Positions 18,617-27,780 of a DNA stretch of 32,000 nt are shown here, piece by piece (positions within the stretch are counted from its first letter, which is position 1; every line of letters begins with the position of its first letter). This DNA comes from Candidatus Saccharimonadota bacterium (GTDB lineage Archaea > Nanohalarchaeota > Nanosalinia > Nanosalinales > Nanosalinaceae): assembly GCF_029232205.1 (NCBI RefSeq), contig NZ_CP107255.1:900001-932000 (forward strand), given 5' to 3'. Below the pieces are notes generated by a model. It did not search any database, was not told the origin of the DNA, and saw only the letters and a list, made by a program, of their open reading frames with translations. A program made the position numbers and the translations under genes.

Positions 18617-19348
18617 CTACATGTTTTTCAGGCCATTTAACGCTCTTGAAATATCTCTATCAACTATTAAAGATTTGGCAGAGCCAGAAAGCATTGCAAG
18701 ATTCGCCTCCCTATCAGACAGACCATAACCATCTCTAAACCCACTCATTACTTCTTCTGAAACATCTCCCAGAGTACCGTATGTATAGGAGAATGCAGCT
18801 ATGTCAAAGGCCTTGTCTTGAGGCTTTGGATCTTTTTTAACAAACTCTGGATCCGTGAAGTACACTTCAAAACCATTGTCAAAGCTATTATCTTCTACCA
18901 TCAAGTTGCCGTAGTTGAAGTCTCTGTAGGCCCAGCCATTACTGTGCATATCTTTTAGGGCTTCACCAACTTCTCTAGAAACATCTCTGACTGCTTCAGG
19001 TTCCTCATGTTTAACAAACTCTATGAAGTCTTCAGCGCTATCTAAAAACTCTACCTCTAAAGCCCCAGCACTATCGTATCCTATAAGTTCAGGAGCGTTG
19101 TATAAACGGCCATCCTGATCTTCACTGAACTCTCGAACCCTATCTACTCTATCCTCAATACTGAAACCTCTTTCAGAAGGATCAAGCCTTGAGAACACAG
19201 TGATAATGCCTCTCTGTGATTCTGATAGAATTTTTATGACAGAATTATCTATGACTCCTGTCCTTTCAGCATACTCTCCTCCCTCGAGAGCCTGAAAATC
19301 TTCTGACTCAACAAGTTCATCGTATCTGGACGGAATCCTAGTTGACAC
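18617..19348 (-). CDS. atypical protein-kinase-fold protein (Bud32/RIO/APH-like, divergent)
   Basis: Catalytic-loop-like YRDFNYGNLMV, metal-site-like YFTDPEF, then QDKAFDIAAF resembling the Bud32 EDKAVDL segment. The track ORF extends to 19423 and would overlap tRNA-Phe. GTG 19348 is proposed as the start, with tttttaa about 25 nt upstream. Confidence 0.45.
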   Translation of the reverse strand: MSTRIPSRYDELVESEDFQALEGGEYAERTGVIDNSVIKILSESQRGIITVFSRLDPSERGFSIEDRVDRVREFSEDQDGRLYNAPELIGYDSAGALEVEFLDSAEDFIEFVKHEEPEAVRDVSREVGEALKDMHSNGWAYRDFNYGNLMVEDNSFDNGFEVYFTDPEFVKKDPKPQDKAFDIAAFSYTYGTLGDVSEEVMSGFRDGYGLSDREANLAMLSGSAKSLIVDRDISRALNGLKNM

Positions 19349-19393
19349 ACTAGATATTGCTCGCTCAAGGTTAAAAATTAGATTGAAGAAACT

Positions 19394-19467
19394 TGGCCGA
19401 ACCCGGATTTGAACCGGGGACAACTTGATCTTCAGTCAAGCGCTCTCCCAGGCTGAGCTATTCGGCC
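19394..19467 (-). tRNA. tRNA-Phe(GAA)
   Basis: Acceptor GGCCGAA/TTCGGCC. Loop CTGAAGA. T-arm CCCGG-TTCAAAT-CCGGG. Discriminator A. Confidence 0.92.
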
Positions 19468-19569
19468 GCCTGTGTACAACCAATTGAGGGATGAGTTTTA
19501 ATAATTGAAACCCATTCTGGGTCAGAACCCTGTCTACTATTTATATAGAGGCCTGAGCAATTCTTCGGT

Positions 19570-19806
19570 ATGTCTGGTATGAACTGGAATTCAACCCCAG
19601 CAAAAGTTCTTGCAGTAGTTGGAGCTCTCGTCTCTCTTCTGGCAGCATTTCCTTATACGCGGAGGACAGGTGAGGCTACATGGATTACACCTATTGTTGA
19701 GACCGGGCCTGAATTGATAGGAGTTCATCTTGTTCAGGGGTTTCTGGTTGTTTTAGGTGTTTCAGCGTTCGGACTAGCAGTCTTGATTGAGAGAGGTTCG
19801 AAGTAG
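19570..19806 (+). CDS. small membrane protein
   Basis: 78 aa with two or three hydrophobic helices. tttatata lies about 25 nt upstream of the ATG. Confidence 0.45.
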   Translation: MSGMNWNSTPAKVLAVVGALVSLLAAFPYTRRTGEATWITPIVETGPELIGVHLVQGFLVVLGVSAFGLAVLIERGSK

Positions 19807-19844
19807 TTCGTCAAAATAAAAGTTTTTCTTCACATCCTTACTCT

Positions 19845-20867
19845 ATGACTGACGGAAAAGATAGTTCTGACACGCGCGAACACGTGATTCCTGGTACAAA
19901 AGAAGGCCATAAAGGCGAGAGAGTTGAAGGATATGATTTTAGAGGCGAATTTGATCTTGAAGATATGATTGAAAAATATGCTACTACAGGTTTCCAGGCC
20001 TCTCACCTGAAAGAGGCTGTTGACCTTGTGAAGGAGATGAGAGATGAGGATGCCAAAATCTTTCTGACCTTCACTTCCAATATCATCAGTTCAGGCCTTA
20101 GAGAGATAGTTGCTTACCTTGCCCGTGAAGAGCATGTCGATGTAATGATTACCTCCGCGGGCTCTCATACAGAAGATGTTATCAAGTCAGCCAGAGAGTT
20201 CAAGATGGGAGAATGGGAGGCTGATGAGGCCCAGCTCCGCGAGGAAGGAATCAATAGACTGGGCAACATCTATGTTGAGTCAGATAACTATGTCTGGCTT
20301 GAGTCATGGTTGAATGATGGTTTTTTCCAGGACTTTTTCTCAGATAAGAAGATTAGAACTCCTTCTGAGCTTGCCGAGGCCCTTGGAGTTGCTGTTGGCA
20401 AGGACGAGGATCTTGATGAGTCAGATTCTTTCATCTATCACTCCGCGGCTAACGATATTCCTGTCTACTGTCCTGCGATGATTGATGCCGAGATCGGAGA
20501 CTTCATGTTTTACTACAGACAGGAAGAAGATCCTGATGTAGGAATCGAGATTCTGGATGACTGGGATTCTCTGATTAATGAAGCGATCGAGGCCGAGAAG
20601 ACTGGCATCATTGCAGTAGGGGATGGAGTGCCAAAACACCAGGCCATCATGTCCAACCTCTTCAGAGGTGGAACCGACTATGCTGTCTACATCTCAACAG
20701 GGATGGAAGGCGATGGCTCGCTTTCGGGAGCGCCTCCGAAGGAAGCAGTTTCATGGGGGAAGATCAAAGAGGAGAACAGAAACTACACCCAGGTAGAAGC
20801 CGAGGCCACACTGGTATTCCCGCTACTGGTTGCGGAGGCCTTCAAGAAGTACGACCCTGAAGAGTAG
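19845..20867 (+). CDS. dys: deoxyhypusine synthase
   Basis: 340 aa. GFQASHL, FLTFTSNIISSGLRE and catalytic-Lys motif VSWGKI. Confidence 0.93.
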   Translation: MTDGKDSSDTREHVIPGTKEGHKGERVEGYDFRGEFDLEDMIEKYATTGFQASHLKEAVDLVKEMRDEDAKIFLTFTSNIISSGLREIVAYLAREEHVDVMITSAGSHTEDVIKSAREFKMGEWEADEAQLREEGINRLGNIYVESDNYVWLESWLNDGFFQDFFSDKKIRTPSELAEALGVAVGKDEDLDESDSFIYHSAANDIPVYCPAMIDAEIGDFMFYYRQEEDPDVGIEILDDWDSLINEAIEAEKTGIIAVGDGVPKHQAIMSNLFRGGTDYAVYISTGMEGDGSLSGAPPKEAVSWGKIKEENRNYTQVEAEATLVFPLLVAEAFKKYDPEE

Positions 20868-20915
20868 TATCCTTCTTCAATTCTATTTTTATCATTTTTC
20901 AGCGATAGATTTCTT

Positions 20916-21464
20916 ATGGACGCACCTAAAGTTGGTTCCGGCCCAATACCAGAGAAATACCTGGATCTAAGGCCTCAGGATACTTATGAAGAGAATATTG
21001 ATGCTATCGATGCCTTGATTGATGGAGAGTACGATACTGTAGGTGAAACTTACGCGGATTTTCATCCAAGAGTGTTTCATAGTGCATTCCGTGAATCCTA
21101 TAGACAGGAAGCCGGCGCTGCAAAAGTAGATGAAGAAGCGATGAAGCAGCTGCAGTGGATCCTGGAGGAAAATTCAGGTAATGATTATTTCTGGCCTGAG
21201 GAGAAGTTATTCAATTATGGTTACAGGAGAGGGCCTAAGAATCGTAGAAAGTCTCGTTCGAGGCGGAGAAGAGAGAGGAAATCTCCTGATCTGCCGCATG
21301 GGCGAGATATGATTCCTGAGTCTGGGCCAGGGCCACTTGATAATCCTGTAAGACGGGGTAGGAAGAAGAGAGAAGCAGATGAGTATTACTTCGCGGCTGG
21401 TATGCGCATGGCTCCTGAAATAGCGGATTATGATATCGAAATTTTAGATAAAAGGGGAAAATGA
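20916..21464 (+). CDS. hypothetical protein with a central poly-basic tract
   Basis: 182 aa. Acidic N-terminal domain followed by RRGPKNRRKSRSRRRRERK. No family recognised. Confidence 0.5.
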   Translation: MDAPKVGSGPIPEKYLDLRPQDTYEENIDAIDALIDGEYDTVGETYADFHPRVFHSAFRESYRQEAGAAKVDEEAMKQLQWILEENSGNDYFWPEEKLFNYGYRRGPKNRRKSRSRRRRERKSPDLPHGRDMIPESGPGPLDNPVRRGRKKREADEYYFAAGMRMAPEIADYDIEILDKRGK

Positions 21465-21478
21465 GATAGGTTAGAGGC

Positions 21479-21832
21479 CTATATTTTTTTGGCGAATTTT
21501 TCTTTCATTTCCTCGATGTGAGGTACTAGCTGTCTTTCCTTGAGTTCTGCTTTGGATACCCATTCTCCTCTCTGAGGTTCTCCATCTATTTCAAGGACAT
21601 ACGGATTCCAGTTTTCGCCTGAAACCGTGGTCTTCAGTTTTTTACGGTACTTCTTGATGCTGCAGTTTACACCAGAGAAATCCTCGGAAACCCTTCTGGC
21701 TGCGTCTGCTGATAGCTCTCCTCTTTCAGGCCTTACAGTGGGTACATCCCATGCTTCATGTTCTTCGTTGTAGAAAACTAGTAATTTTTTGGATTGAACG
21801 ATTAGGCCTGCAGAGATACTTGAAACAGTCAT
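21479..21832 (-). CDS. Nudix-fold-like protein with a degenerate Nudix box
   Basis: 117 aa. WDVPTVRPERGELSADAARRVSEDFSGV loosely fits G-x5-E-x7-REUxEExGU. Confidence 0.4.
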   Translation of the reverse strand: MTVSSISAGLIVQSKKLLVFYNEEHEAWDVPTVRPERGELSADAARRVSEDFSGVNCSIKKYRKKLKTTVSGENWNPYVLEIDGEPQRGEWVSKAELKERQLVPHIEEMKEKFAKKI

Positions 21833-21914
21833 ACAGTATAATTATATCCGCTTGCTTATAATAGAGGGCCTCAGGATAGAAAAACAGTTAAGCCAGGCCA
21901 TTCTATTTACAGCT

Positions 21915-22337
21915 ATGAAGTATTCGATTACAGCTATACTTGCCTTGACAGTAATTGTTTCAGGATGCGCTACATTCACCCAGAACGATTCCTCAGAACC
22001 AGATGATATTGACGACATGGTTCCTAACTCGACGAACGCTACAGTAGTTGAGTACAGTTCCTCCGGGTTCCAGCCTTCAACTGTAACTGTTGAGCAGGGA
22101 GAGACAGTTATGTGGGCCAGTACCGGTCCTTCAATGTGGATTGGTTCAGATCAGCACCCATCCCACACAGAGTACTCCGGCACCAGTCTAGATGAACACT
22201 GTCAGAACGGAGAATCAGACACATTCGACCAGTGTGAAACCAGTCAGACATACAGCTTCACATTCAATCAGACCGGAGAATGGAGCTACCACAACCACGT
22301 CAGGCCTGGCGATACAGGAACAGTAATTGTAGAATAA
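21915..22337 (+). CDS. cupredoxin-like lipoprotein
   Basis: Start moved to MKYSITAILALTVIVSGC (lipobox). C-terminal QTGEWSYHNHVRPGDTGTVIVE resembles the cupredoxin C-terminal strand, but no Cys ligand is evident. Confidence 0.45.
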   Translation: MKYSITAILALTVIVSGCATFTQNDSSEPDDIDDMVPNSTNATVVEYSSSGFQPSTVTVEQGETVMWASTGPSMWIGSDQHPSHTEYSGTSLDEHCQNGESDTFDQCETSQTYSFTFNQTGEWSYHNHVRPGDTGTVIVE

Positions 22338-22359
22338 GGCCTTCACTCTATTTTTCTTT

Positions 22360-22602
22360 CTATTTTTCTCTTGTATAATTTGCTTCCGTACACATTTCAA
22401 TCCCCTCGCAGCTGTACTGTGGTGGATAGGATTCTGCGACGGAAAGAGGCCCGTAGCATGTGCATTCTGCGTAGACTGTTTCAGTTCCGTTCTCGAAATC
22501 AGCGCTGAATTTTTCGTAACTTGTTGCATTTGCTGTGTAGAATGCTGCAAGGCCTGACAGAATCAGTAAAAGACCGGTAACTGCGATAAAGGTCTTTTTC
22601 AT
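22360..22602 (-). CDS. small secreted Cys-containing protein
   Basis: 80 aa with a signal peptide/TM (MKKTFIAVTGLLLILSGLAAF) and four Cys in the mature part. Confidence 0.45.
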   Translation of the reverse strand: MKKTFIAVTGLLLILSGLAAFYTANATSYEKFSADFENGTETVYAECTCYGPLSVAESYPPQYSCEGIEMCTEANYTREK

Positions 22603-22656
22603 TTACATGAAGGCCTTTGAGTTTGTTTGACTAAAAAGTTTTTTAGAGAAGTTTAG

Positions 22657-22729
<73 letters not shown>

Positions 22730-22843
22730 AGCCTTTTAAGCTGTGAATTATATCGGACCTTTCAGTTTTTTAAACATGTAGTAAATCTGTGGTGTGAGGG
22801 GCCTGCGGTTTGCAGGCGCCCTGGTGTGAATCTGTCAGCAGTT

Positions 22844-23974
22844 CTAGTCGAGGAATTTGTCTTGCTCGATTTTTTCTGGTAGGTAGGTGTTGGCTACGAA
22901 TTCCAGGCTTTGTGATGCGAGGGCCTGTTGTTCTACTCTGACTCCCATGTCGAGCATTTTCTGGAATTGTTTCTGCCAGTCGTCGTTTTGCATCCATTCG
23001 TAGTCCATGACATCGTGGATTCTCTTGTAGTCCTTTGTTGGGCCTCCGTTGTCTTTGGATTTTCCTTTGAGGTCTTCTGTGACGTGGTGGAGGTCGTATT
23101 CTTCGATGTCTTCCATTGTCATACCGATGAGTTTGGCGTCTGGTACTGATAGTCGGTCTGATTGGAATGCTAGGCTCATGGATCCTGATTTGAGGACTGA
23201 GTAGATGTAGTATCCCCATGGGTCGCCGTCTGTGAATACGTAGACTGGGAGGTCTAGTTCTTTGTGCATCATGTTGATGAGTCTTCTTGCTCCTCTTGCT
23301 GGTTGTCCTCCTGTCCCTATGATTACGGCGTTGTGGTCGGCGTGGAAGTCTTCTTCAACCAGTCTGTTAACCATAGCGGAGGTCTCGACTACGAGGATGA
23401 AGTCTGCTTCACATTCGACGAATTCGAAGTGGTCGACGATGGAGTTGATTGCCATTCCGGATGTTCCCATGTTCATTCCGTCGATGATGTCTCCTGAGTC
23501 GTCGATCTTGATTGGGCCGAATAGTCGTCCTTTTGGTTCTGCGAAAAGGTGGAGGTCTTCTCTGATTGCTCCTGTTGCTGTTTCAATGTCGACTACCACG
23601 TTGTTGGATTCGTCCTGGTCTTCGAATGTATTTTCGTCGAGGCCTGGTACGCTGTGCTTTAGCTGGTAGTAGATCTCTCTGATTGATGCTGTTCTTCCGC
23701 GTTCTACGAGTTCTTTGGTTTTTGATGCGACCATCAGTGTCTGCATGAACTTTCTGGCGTGACTGATGTTGAGGAATTTTCTTGTGGAGTAAGAGTCTCC
23801 TAGTTCAAGTCTTCCGTCTTCCTCATCGTAGTTGACGTTGCTTCTGGATCTGACTTTGGTCTCTATTGTCAGGTTGTCGCTTTCAGGATCGTTCAACTGG
23901 TTCCTGATCTTTTTTCCTAGATGTTTTAGTCTTTCTAATGTTCTTTCGTCGTTCTCGAATTCTTTCTTTGGCAT
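22844..23974 (-). CDS. top6A: DNA topoisomerase VI subunit A
   Basis: 376 aa with Spo11/Top6A architecture. Toprim region has VETSAM and FTDGDPWGYYIY. Confidence 0.95.
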   Translation of the reverse strand: MPKKEFENDERTLERLKHLGKKIRNQLNDPESDNLTIETKVRSRSNVNYDEEDGRLELGDSYSTRKFLNISHARKFMQTLMVASKTKELVERGRTASIREIYYQLKHSVPGLDENTFEDQDESNNVVVDIETATGAIREDLHLFAEPKGRLFGPIKIDDSGDIIDGMNMGTSGMAINSIVDHFEFVECEADFILVVETSAMVNRLVEEDFHADHNAVIIGTGGQPARGARRLINMMHKELDLPVYVFTDGDPWGYYIYSVLKSGSMSLAFQSDRLSVPDAKLIGMTMEDIEEYDLHHVTEDLKGKSKDNGGPTKDYKRIHDVMDYEWMQNDDWQKQFQKMLDMGVRVEQQALASQSLEFVANTYLPEKIEQDKFLD

Positions 23975-23987
23975 TACTTAATCACCT

Positions 23988-25580
23988 CTAAAGCTGCTCC
24001 GGGTTGTAGTCAGCTTCTACGAGTTTTTGAATCTGAGCTTCGATCTCTTCAGGATCTCCTTCTCCTGCTAGCTCTGTAATTGCAGGCCCCATCTCTTTTG
24101 CGTAGGATGTAAGCTTTCTCTTCTTCTTCTCCTGAATTTCCTTTCTTTCTTTTCTCTTCAGGTATTTTCCTAGCTTTCTTCCTGCTTCCTGCAGGGCCAG
24201 TTTCATTTCTTTCCGGATTGGATCGTAGTTCGCTACGGCTTCCTTTCCTTCAGATGTGAATGGAACCCATACAGATGCTATGTGGATTGAGATGTAGAGC
24301 GGGCCTTGTGGCCTGTTTCCTGTCTGCGAAATGTTGTATCGGTTCCAGGAAACGTTTTCGATGGCCTTTGTGGTTACACACGCCGATTTCTTGTATAGTA
24401 GCGGTACTTTGTTTGCGTATCGGAGTTCTTCGAAGCTTCCTTCGTCTTCGATGTCTCCTCCCCATGCTAGGCCTACTTCTACCTGGAATGGATTTCCTTT
24501 GTATACTGTTGGTTTTCGAGTAATTGTTTCTGTGAACTCTGGGTTGAGTTCTTTTGTGAGGCCTTTCTCCATCAGGTCTTCGCCGATAGGGCTCAGGCAG
24601 TCTGTTGGAGGGCTCTGTAGTTTTACTCTCTGTGCTGCGTCGAGGATTTCTTCGACTTCGTCTTTGTCGAGAGTGTTTGGTCTTCGGCCGTCGTCTACTC
24701 CTGCTTCGTCGCATACTTCCTGTGCGCTTGTTCTTCCTACTCTTGTGAATTCTTCCTGTAGGAAGCTGCTTACTGTTCGTGCGTTGGAGTTGTCGATCAT
24801 TCTGAGGACTACTCCTAGTTCTACTCCGTGCAGGTGTGGTTTGATCTCTTTTGGTTTTTCAGGTAGTTCTTTTGAGACTCTTGGGAACTCTACCTTGTTT
24901 CCGTCTGGTTCTCTTAGCACGATTCTTGCGTACGGGTTCATGATTGCCGTGTGCTTGAGGTAGTTGTAGACGGAGTGGTGGCCTCTTGTGTATTTGGCCT
25001 CGATATTCATTTCGATGCTGGTTCCGTGGTCGAAGTAGTAGTCTTTCTCTCCCGGGAACTCATCGCTTTCCGGATCGACTACTTCGTCTTCTAGAATCTC
25101 TGGTTCGTTTTTCTCTGTGTCAATTCTGACAACGAAGCGGTGGCATGGTTCTCCTTCCTGTTTTGAGTATACAGTTACTGGCTCTCCAGTTGTCAGCTGC
25201 GCGTACATCGCGGAAGCGGAGATACCGATTCCCTGCTGACCTCTGCTCTGCTGGAGCTTGTGGAACTTTGAACCGTATAGAAGTTTACCAAATACCTTTG
25301 GAATTGTTTCTCTATCAAGGCCTATTGCGTTGTCCCTGATTTCTATTCGGCATTTGCCTTCTGAGTACTCGTCAATAAGGACGTGTATTTCCGGAAGAAT
25401 CTCGTCTTCCTCACATGCGTCCAGCGAGTTGTCCACAGCTTCTTTTACTACTGTTATAATGGATTTCTGTGCGTTTTCGAAACCTAGAAGGTGTTTGTTT
25501 TTCTCAAAGAATTCGGCGACGGAAATCTCTCTATGGTCTCCGCCACTTGCTTCCATGCCTTCTTCTACTCCGTTTGCCAT
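23988..25580 (-). CDS. top6B: DNA topoisomerase VI subunit B
   Basis: 530 aa. GHKL ATPase motifs VKEAVDNSLDA, DNAIGL and GQQGIG. Lies immediately upstream of top6A. Confidence 0.95.
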   Translation of the reverse strand: MANGVEEGMEASGGDHREISVAEFFEKNKHLLGFENAQKSIITVVKEAVDNSLDACEEDEILPEIHVLIDEYSEGKCRIEIRDNAIGLDRETIPKVFGKLLYGSKFHKLQQSRGQQGIGISASAMYAQLTTGEPVTVYSKQEGEPCHRFVVRIDTEKNEPEILEDEVVDPESDEFPGEKDYYFDHGTSIEMNIEAKYTRGHHSVYNYLKHTAIMNPYARIVLREPDGNKVEFPRVSKELPEKPKEIKPHLHGVELGVVLRMIDNSNARTVSSFLQEEFTRVGRTSAQEVCDEAGVDDGRRPNTLDKDEVEEILDAAQRVKLQSPPTDCLSPIGEDLMEKGLTKELNPEFTETITRKPTVYKGNPFQVEVGLAWGGDIEDEGSFEELRYANKVPLLYKKSACVTTKAIENVSWNRYNISQTGNRPQGPLYISIHIASVWVPFTSEGKEAVANYDPIRKEMKLALQEAGRKLGKYLKRKERKEIQEKKKRKLTSYAKEMGPAITELAGEGDPEEIEAQIQKLVEADYNPEQL

Positions 25581-25599
25581 AATATCACGTTTTTCAAAT

Positions 25600-26103
25600 C
25601 TACCTTTTTATCTTGTCCTGGTTTTTCTCCAGATAATTGTATGCTGTTGAGTGAGAGCTACCGTTCAAAAGCATGTTGATAGCTTCCATTGCGACCTCGA
25701 TATTCTGGGCCTTTCCAATTATTCCTATTGTTGTTCCGTAGACTGAGATGTCTACTTGTGCTATTTTTTCGATGTGTGTTCGGGCCTCGCCTTCTCTGCC
25801 GATTACACGGCCTTTTAGTCTTTCTTCAGCGTTTTTTGTGTTGGCGTAGCGGCCGATATCCATTAAGTGTAGTGTTACATCTCTTTCGACTAGTTTGAAG
25901 GCTTTTTCTGGGTTGAATCCTCTGCCTATTGCTTTGACTATTTTTTGGGCCGTCATTTCGTCTAGTGGTTCTCCTTCGAGTGCGACCTGGTTGTCCTGGA
26001 TTGTTACGTCGCAGTCTGTCAGGTCTTGCAGTTCTTCTTTTGTTTCTCCTTCAGAACCGATGAGAACTCCTACTCGTTCTTCTGGCACCATTACTTCCTT
26101 CAT
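25600..26103 (-). CDS. KH-domain RNA-binding protein (Dim2/Pno1-like)
   Basis: 167 aa with two KH-like modules (IGSEGETK and IGREGEAR GxxG loops). Lies next to RIO1, as in many archaea. Confidence 0.85.
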   Translation of the reverse strand: MKEVMVPEERVGVLIGSEGETKEELQDLTDCDVTIQDNQVALEGEPLDEMTAQKIVKAIGRGFNPEKAFKLVERDVTLHLMDIGRYANTKNAEERLKGRVIGREGEARTHIEKIAQVDISVYGTTIGIIGKAQNIEVAMEAINMLLNGSSHSTAYNYLEKNQDKIKR

Positions 26104-26155
26104 ATTGTCTCTAATATTAATGGACCTAACAATCTTTTTATACCTTAAAACTGTT

Positions 26156-26929
26156 TTACAGGTCTTCTAGGCCGTCTAAAACCTCTTGAACGGCGTCGTG
26201 TTTTTCGATGTCTGCTCCCTGCCTGTTGAAGAATGCAGCCATGTTTTTTACATCTCTTTTAAGCAGTTCTACGGCCTCTGGATGTGATTTGTGGACGCCC
26301 TGGGAGAAATCAATCCATACCTCCTGTTCCTGAGTCATTAGAATGTTGTATTCTGATAGGTCGCCGTGTACAAGTTGTTCCTCTCTCCAGAGCTCCATTA
26401 TGTTTCTTTTGATCTTCTGGAAGGCCTCTTCAGGGTTCTCTATCTGTACATCTTTGAGTTTGGGGTATGGCGTGAAGTCTTCGCCGATAAACTCCATTAC
26501 CAGTATGTTTTTCTGGAAGGCCTTTGGTTCCGGGCATCTTACGATGTCTCCAGCTTTTTTGAGGTTTTTGAACTCTTTTTTGCACCATTCGTTGATTACT
26601 GATCTTCTGTCGGATTTGAAGTTGCGGAATCTCTGGTCTCCTCTCAGGTATTTCTCCATTTCGCGGAATGATCCGGCCTGTGTCATGTAGATTTTGACTA
26701 TTACTCTTTCTCCGTCGGATGTGTCGGCCAGGAAGACTGCGGATTCTTTTCCTGATTCTATTGTGCCGTAGAGTCTGTCGAGAACTTTTCTGTCTCCTAG
26801 TTTGAGCAGGGCCTTCTTTGTTTCGTGGTCGAATACGTTGTTGAAGGCCTTTCTTCCTTCGGAGGAGTCGAACATTCTCCGGCTTTCTTCCTTCCATCTT
26901 TCGCGGAAGTCAATGTTTTCGTCTTTCAC
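26156..26929 (-). CDS. rio1: RIO-type serine protein kinase (RIO1-like)
   Basis: 257 aa. STGKES-like loop (ESGKESAVF), VKIY lysine, HGDLSEYNIL catalytic loop and IDFSQ metal site. Confidence 0.9.
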   Translation of the reverse strand: MKDENIDFRERWKEESRRMFDSSEGRKAFNNVFDHETKKALLKLGDRKVLDRLYGTIESGKESAVFLADTSDGERVIVKIYMTQAGSFREMEKYLRGDQRFRNFKSDRRSVINEWCKKEFKNLKKAGDIVRCPEPKAFQKNILVMEFIGEDFTPYPKLKDVQIENPEEAFQKIKRNIMELWREEQLVHGDLSEYNILMTQEQEVWIDFSQGVHKSHPEAVELLKRDVKNMAAFFNRQGADIEKHDAVQEVLDGLEDL

Positions 26930-26962
26930 AGAAATGTTCTGAGTGATGAAGAGATAAATGGC

Positions 26963-27316
26963 CTAGGTGTTCAGGTAGTGAGGTATGTTTCTTGCTTTCA
27001 GTCTCCATTCCTCTGCTTCTCTGAGTTCTTTGGCTATGAAGTTTTCCAGAAATTCTCGGCCGTATTCTTCTGCTACTTCCTCGTTGTAGACATCTTTAAG
27101 TATTGTTTTTGCTGTTGTCAGGCCTTCTGTGTTTCTTCTTCCCCATGAAAATGAGTTTCCTGTATTCTCAAGATTGTTTGATGGAGAGAGTTTTTCGCCC
27201 GTTGATTCTCCGCCTTTTACTACTCTGACTGTTTTATCTCCGCTCTGCATGCTGATATGGCCTTCATAAATTGCGTAGTAGTCTATGTTCTGTTCAGGAA
27301 GATTTCCTGCCATCAC
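26963..27316 (-). CDS. hypothetical protein inserted between aIF-1A and RIO1
   Basis: 117 aa. Motif FSWGRRNTEGLTTAKTILKDVY...EYGREF. No confident family. Confidence 0.5.
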   Translation of the reverse strand: MMAGNLPEQNIDYYAIYEGHISMQSGDKTVRVVKGGESTGEKLSPSNNLENTGNSFSWGRRNTEGLTTAKTILKDVYNEEVAEEYGREFLENFIAKELREAEEWRLKARNIPHYLNT

Positions 27317-27418
27317 AGAATATTTTTGACTCTCTGCTTAATAATCCAAAGTCTGCAGTAGAAGTTGTTAGGGCCTTAGCTTTGCTGAGTTGGAGGATAG
27401 AATGTAGAAGGGAAAATT

Positions 27419-27730
27419 TTAGAGGAATTCCTCTATTTCGTCTAGGAAGTCTCTGTCTTCCAGCCATCTTGTCTCCGCGTTGGAGTAGCTGTTGACGATG
27501 TCTCCTTTTTCGTCGCCCTGGATGTCCCATGGATCGACTAGTACTACTGAATCTCTTTTTACCCATAGGCCTCTTTTCTTTGATCCTGGGATTCGGCAGA
27601 TTCTTTCGTTTCCATCTGTGCAGTATACGCGGTATTTTCCGCCTCCTTCTTTTCTTAGAACTATTCCAAGTACCTCGTCGCCTTGCGGCCTGCGTACTCT
27701 TTGTACTTGTTCTTCTTCATCTTCTGGCAT
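27419..27730 (-). CDS. eif1A: translation initiation factor aIF-1A
   Basis: 103 aa S1/OB protein. GIVLRKEGGGKYRVYCTDGNERICRIPGSKKRGLWVKRDSVVLV. Confidence 0.9.
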   Translation of the reverse strand: MPEDEEEQVQRVRRPQGDEVLGIVLRKEGGGKYRVYCTDGNERICRIPGSKKRGLWVKRDSVVLVDPWDIQGDEKGDIVNSYSNAETRWLEDRDFLDEIEEFL

Positions 27731-27780
27731 ACAAACTATTTCTAAAGCAATTTTTTTAAACCACGACAGGGCCTCTGTTT

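Noticed and set aside
22777-22830. GC-rich hairpin gcctgc-ggttt-gcaggc downstream of top6A, considered as a terminator
   Set aside because: A 6-bp stem with no following T-run on the gene strand is not distinguishable from chance.
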